This document shows positions 32,187 to 33,363 of a stretch of DNA of 33,363 nucleotides, piece by piece. Source of the stretch: Asterionella formosa (lineage: Eukaryota); NCBI GenBank assembly GCA_002256025.1, contig NKIB01000357.1, forward strand, positions 1-33,363, given 5' to 3'. Position 1 is the stretch's first letter. The number at the start of each line of letters is the position of its first letter. The position numbers and the translations under genes were made by a program. The notes beneath the pieces were generated by a model, which made no database searches, was not told where the DNA came from, and saw only the letters and a list, made by a program, of their open reading frames with translations.

Positions 32187-33125
32187 AGATGCTCCCGTCA
32201 CTTGATTCTCCTCGAGTACTACGCCAAATGTATTTCGAAACTTCGTCCCACGATTAATAACTGTCAGCTTAGCCCATTTTGGGTTAAATTTTGTCTTCGT
32301 CTCATTGTGTGTTGGTCGTTTTAGAATATAGAAGGAAATTTTAGGAGAGTTTTTTATCTCCACAATATCAAATCCGACCCCGTCCTTCAATAAATCTTGA
32401 AAGTTTGCTGTAGACGTGTACGGAGACTGATTCAAACATAATCTTGGAAGTGTAAAAAAGCAAAGCCCTCCGGGACAAAGCTGATGATATAATCTAGTAA
32501 GCATAACCCCTCGCTGCTCCGGCGTTGTGACACAGTTAATCACCATGGAGCACACAATAACATCATACCTCTGAGTTGGATCTTCGTGTTTGAGCGGGAA
32601 GTGATTGAAATCAGCTTCTTCAATTCCAGCATGAGATGACTTGAGGTCAATGGCCTTGACGCATAAGCGGTATTTGGGTGCATCTATGAATGTCGATTCA
32701 CCATTTTCGCTCTCCTGCTCCACTCGCTTCGTGAGCTTGGCGGCATCCAGGAGTTCAGTGTTGATGGCGCCAACTTCCAGCACGTTAGCCTGTCGGCGTC
32801 CCTTTTTTCTACCTCTCTCGGTCGAAGCTTCGTCATTTTCAATCCCATACAGCCAGCCGTTGCGAGACAAATGACCCAATACCCATTTGCTTGTCGAGTG
32901 GAAACTTGTGCTTAATTGCGACGCGCGTTGATAGGCGTCCCTCCCGCCAATCTCCATGATCTTCGCTTCCATTTCCTGCACCTTGAATGGATCACCCTTG
33001 ACCTCGGCTAAGTCTCGCGCTTTCGTGTACTTGTGAAAGAGGGTTGTGACTAATCGAGCCTTCTTTCTGGACCGCATGGCTGGCGGTGGAGCCAAGGGCA
33101 TTGCCTTTCTTTTGCGTTTTGCCAT
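32178..33125 (-). CDS. BMT2: 25S rRNA adenine-N1 methyltransferase, Bmt2 family, 315 aa
   Basis: GGRDAYQRAS...TSKWV, SAM motif LEVGAIN, IDL...IEEADF, YDVIVCSMVINCV, LPRLCL; basic N-terminal NLS. Confidence 0.85.
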   Translation of the reverse strand: MAKRKRKAMPLAPPPAMRSRKKARLVTTLFHKYTKARDLAEVKGDPFKVQEMEAKIMEIGGRDAYQRASQLSTSFHSTSKWVLGHLSRNGWLYGIENDEASTERGRKKGRRQANVLEVGAINTELLDAAKLTKRVEQESENGESTFIDAPKYRLCVKAIDLKSSHAGIEEADFNHFPLKHEDPTQRYDVIVCSMVINCVTTPEQRGVMLTRLYHQLCPGGLCFFTLPRLCLNQSPYTSTANFQDLLKDGVGFDIVEIKNSPKISFYILKRPTHNETKTKFNPKWAKLTVINRGTKFRNTFGVVLEENQVTGASLH

Positions 33126-33363
33126 GGTCGTCGACTCTCGTTTGTGTAGACTGCAGACATACTACTAGTCACCCGAATCCCGAAAGAGTACCTGGAGCTG
33201 GGAGTATTTTACTGGGGCCAAGTACCCCAACAACCTGCTTGTGTCCAACTGGTACAAGCAAGTTGCGGTAAACTAAAACTTTAGCTATTTTTATCCTAAA
33301 TAGAATTAATTATTTAAGCCAATTGACCGCAACTTGCAGATATCTGGACCAGAACCTGGTACC

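Overview
Eukaryotic nuclear DNA with short GT-AG introns and CTAAC/CTCAC branch points; the gene families point to a stramenopile, most likely a diatom (inference). Ten protein-coding genes are supported: a FAAL-ACP didomain ending in a CAAX box, NRS/ER (rhamnose synthesis), a BTB/POZ protein, organellar RsmH, an unknown 2-exon membrane protein, ethanolamine-phosphate cytidylyltransferase, a 3-exon Myb-like factor, a CDIN1/TPD-like PD-(D/E)xK protein, 3-exon CTF18 and BMT2. Between them lie decayed mobile elements: an internally deleted Ty1/copia, a TA-flanked MITE with two further fragments, and a PIF/Harbinger relic. There are also several tandem repeats and a 60-bp-arm hairpin. The most notable observations are the probably prenylated FAAL-ACP, the palindrome TACCWGGTA recurring in intergenic DNA, a perfect double E2F site upstream of CTF18, and the hairpin plus 120-bp array upstream of the BTB gene. 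All family assignments come from motif recognition by eye; no searches were run.
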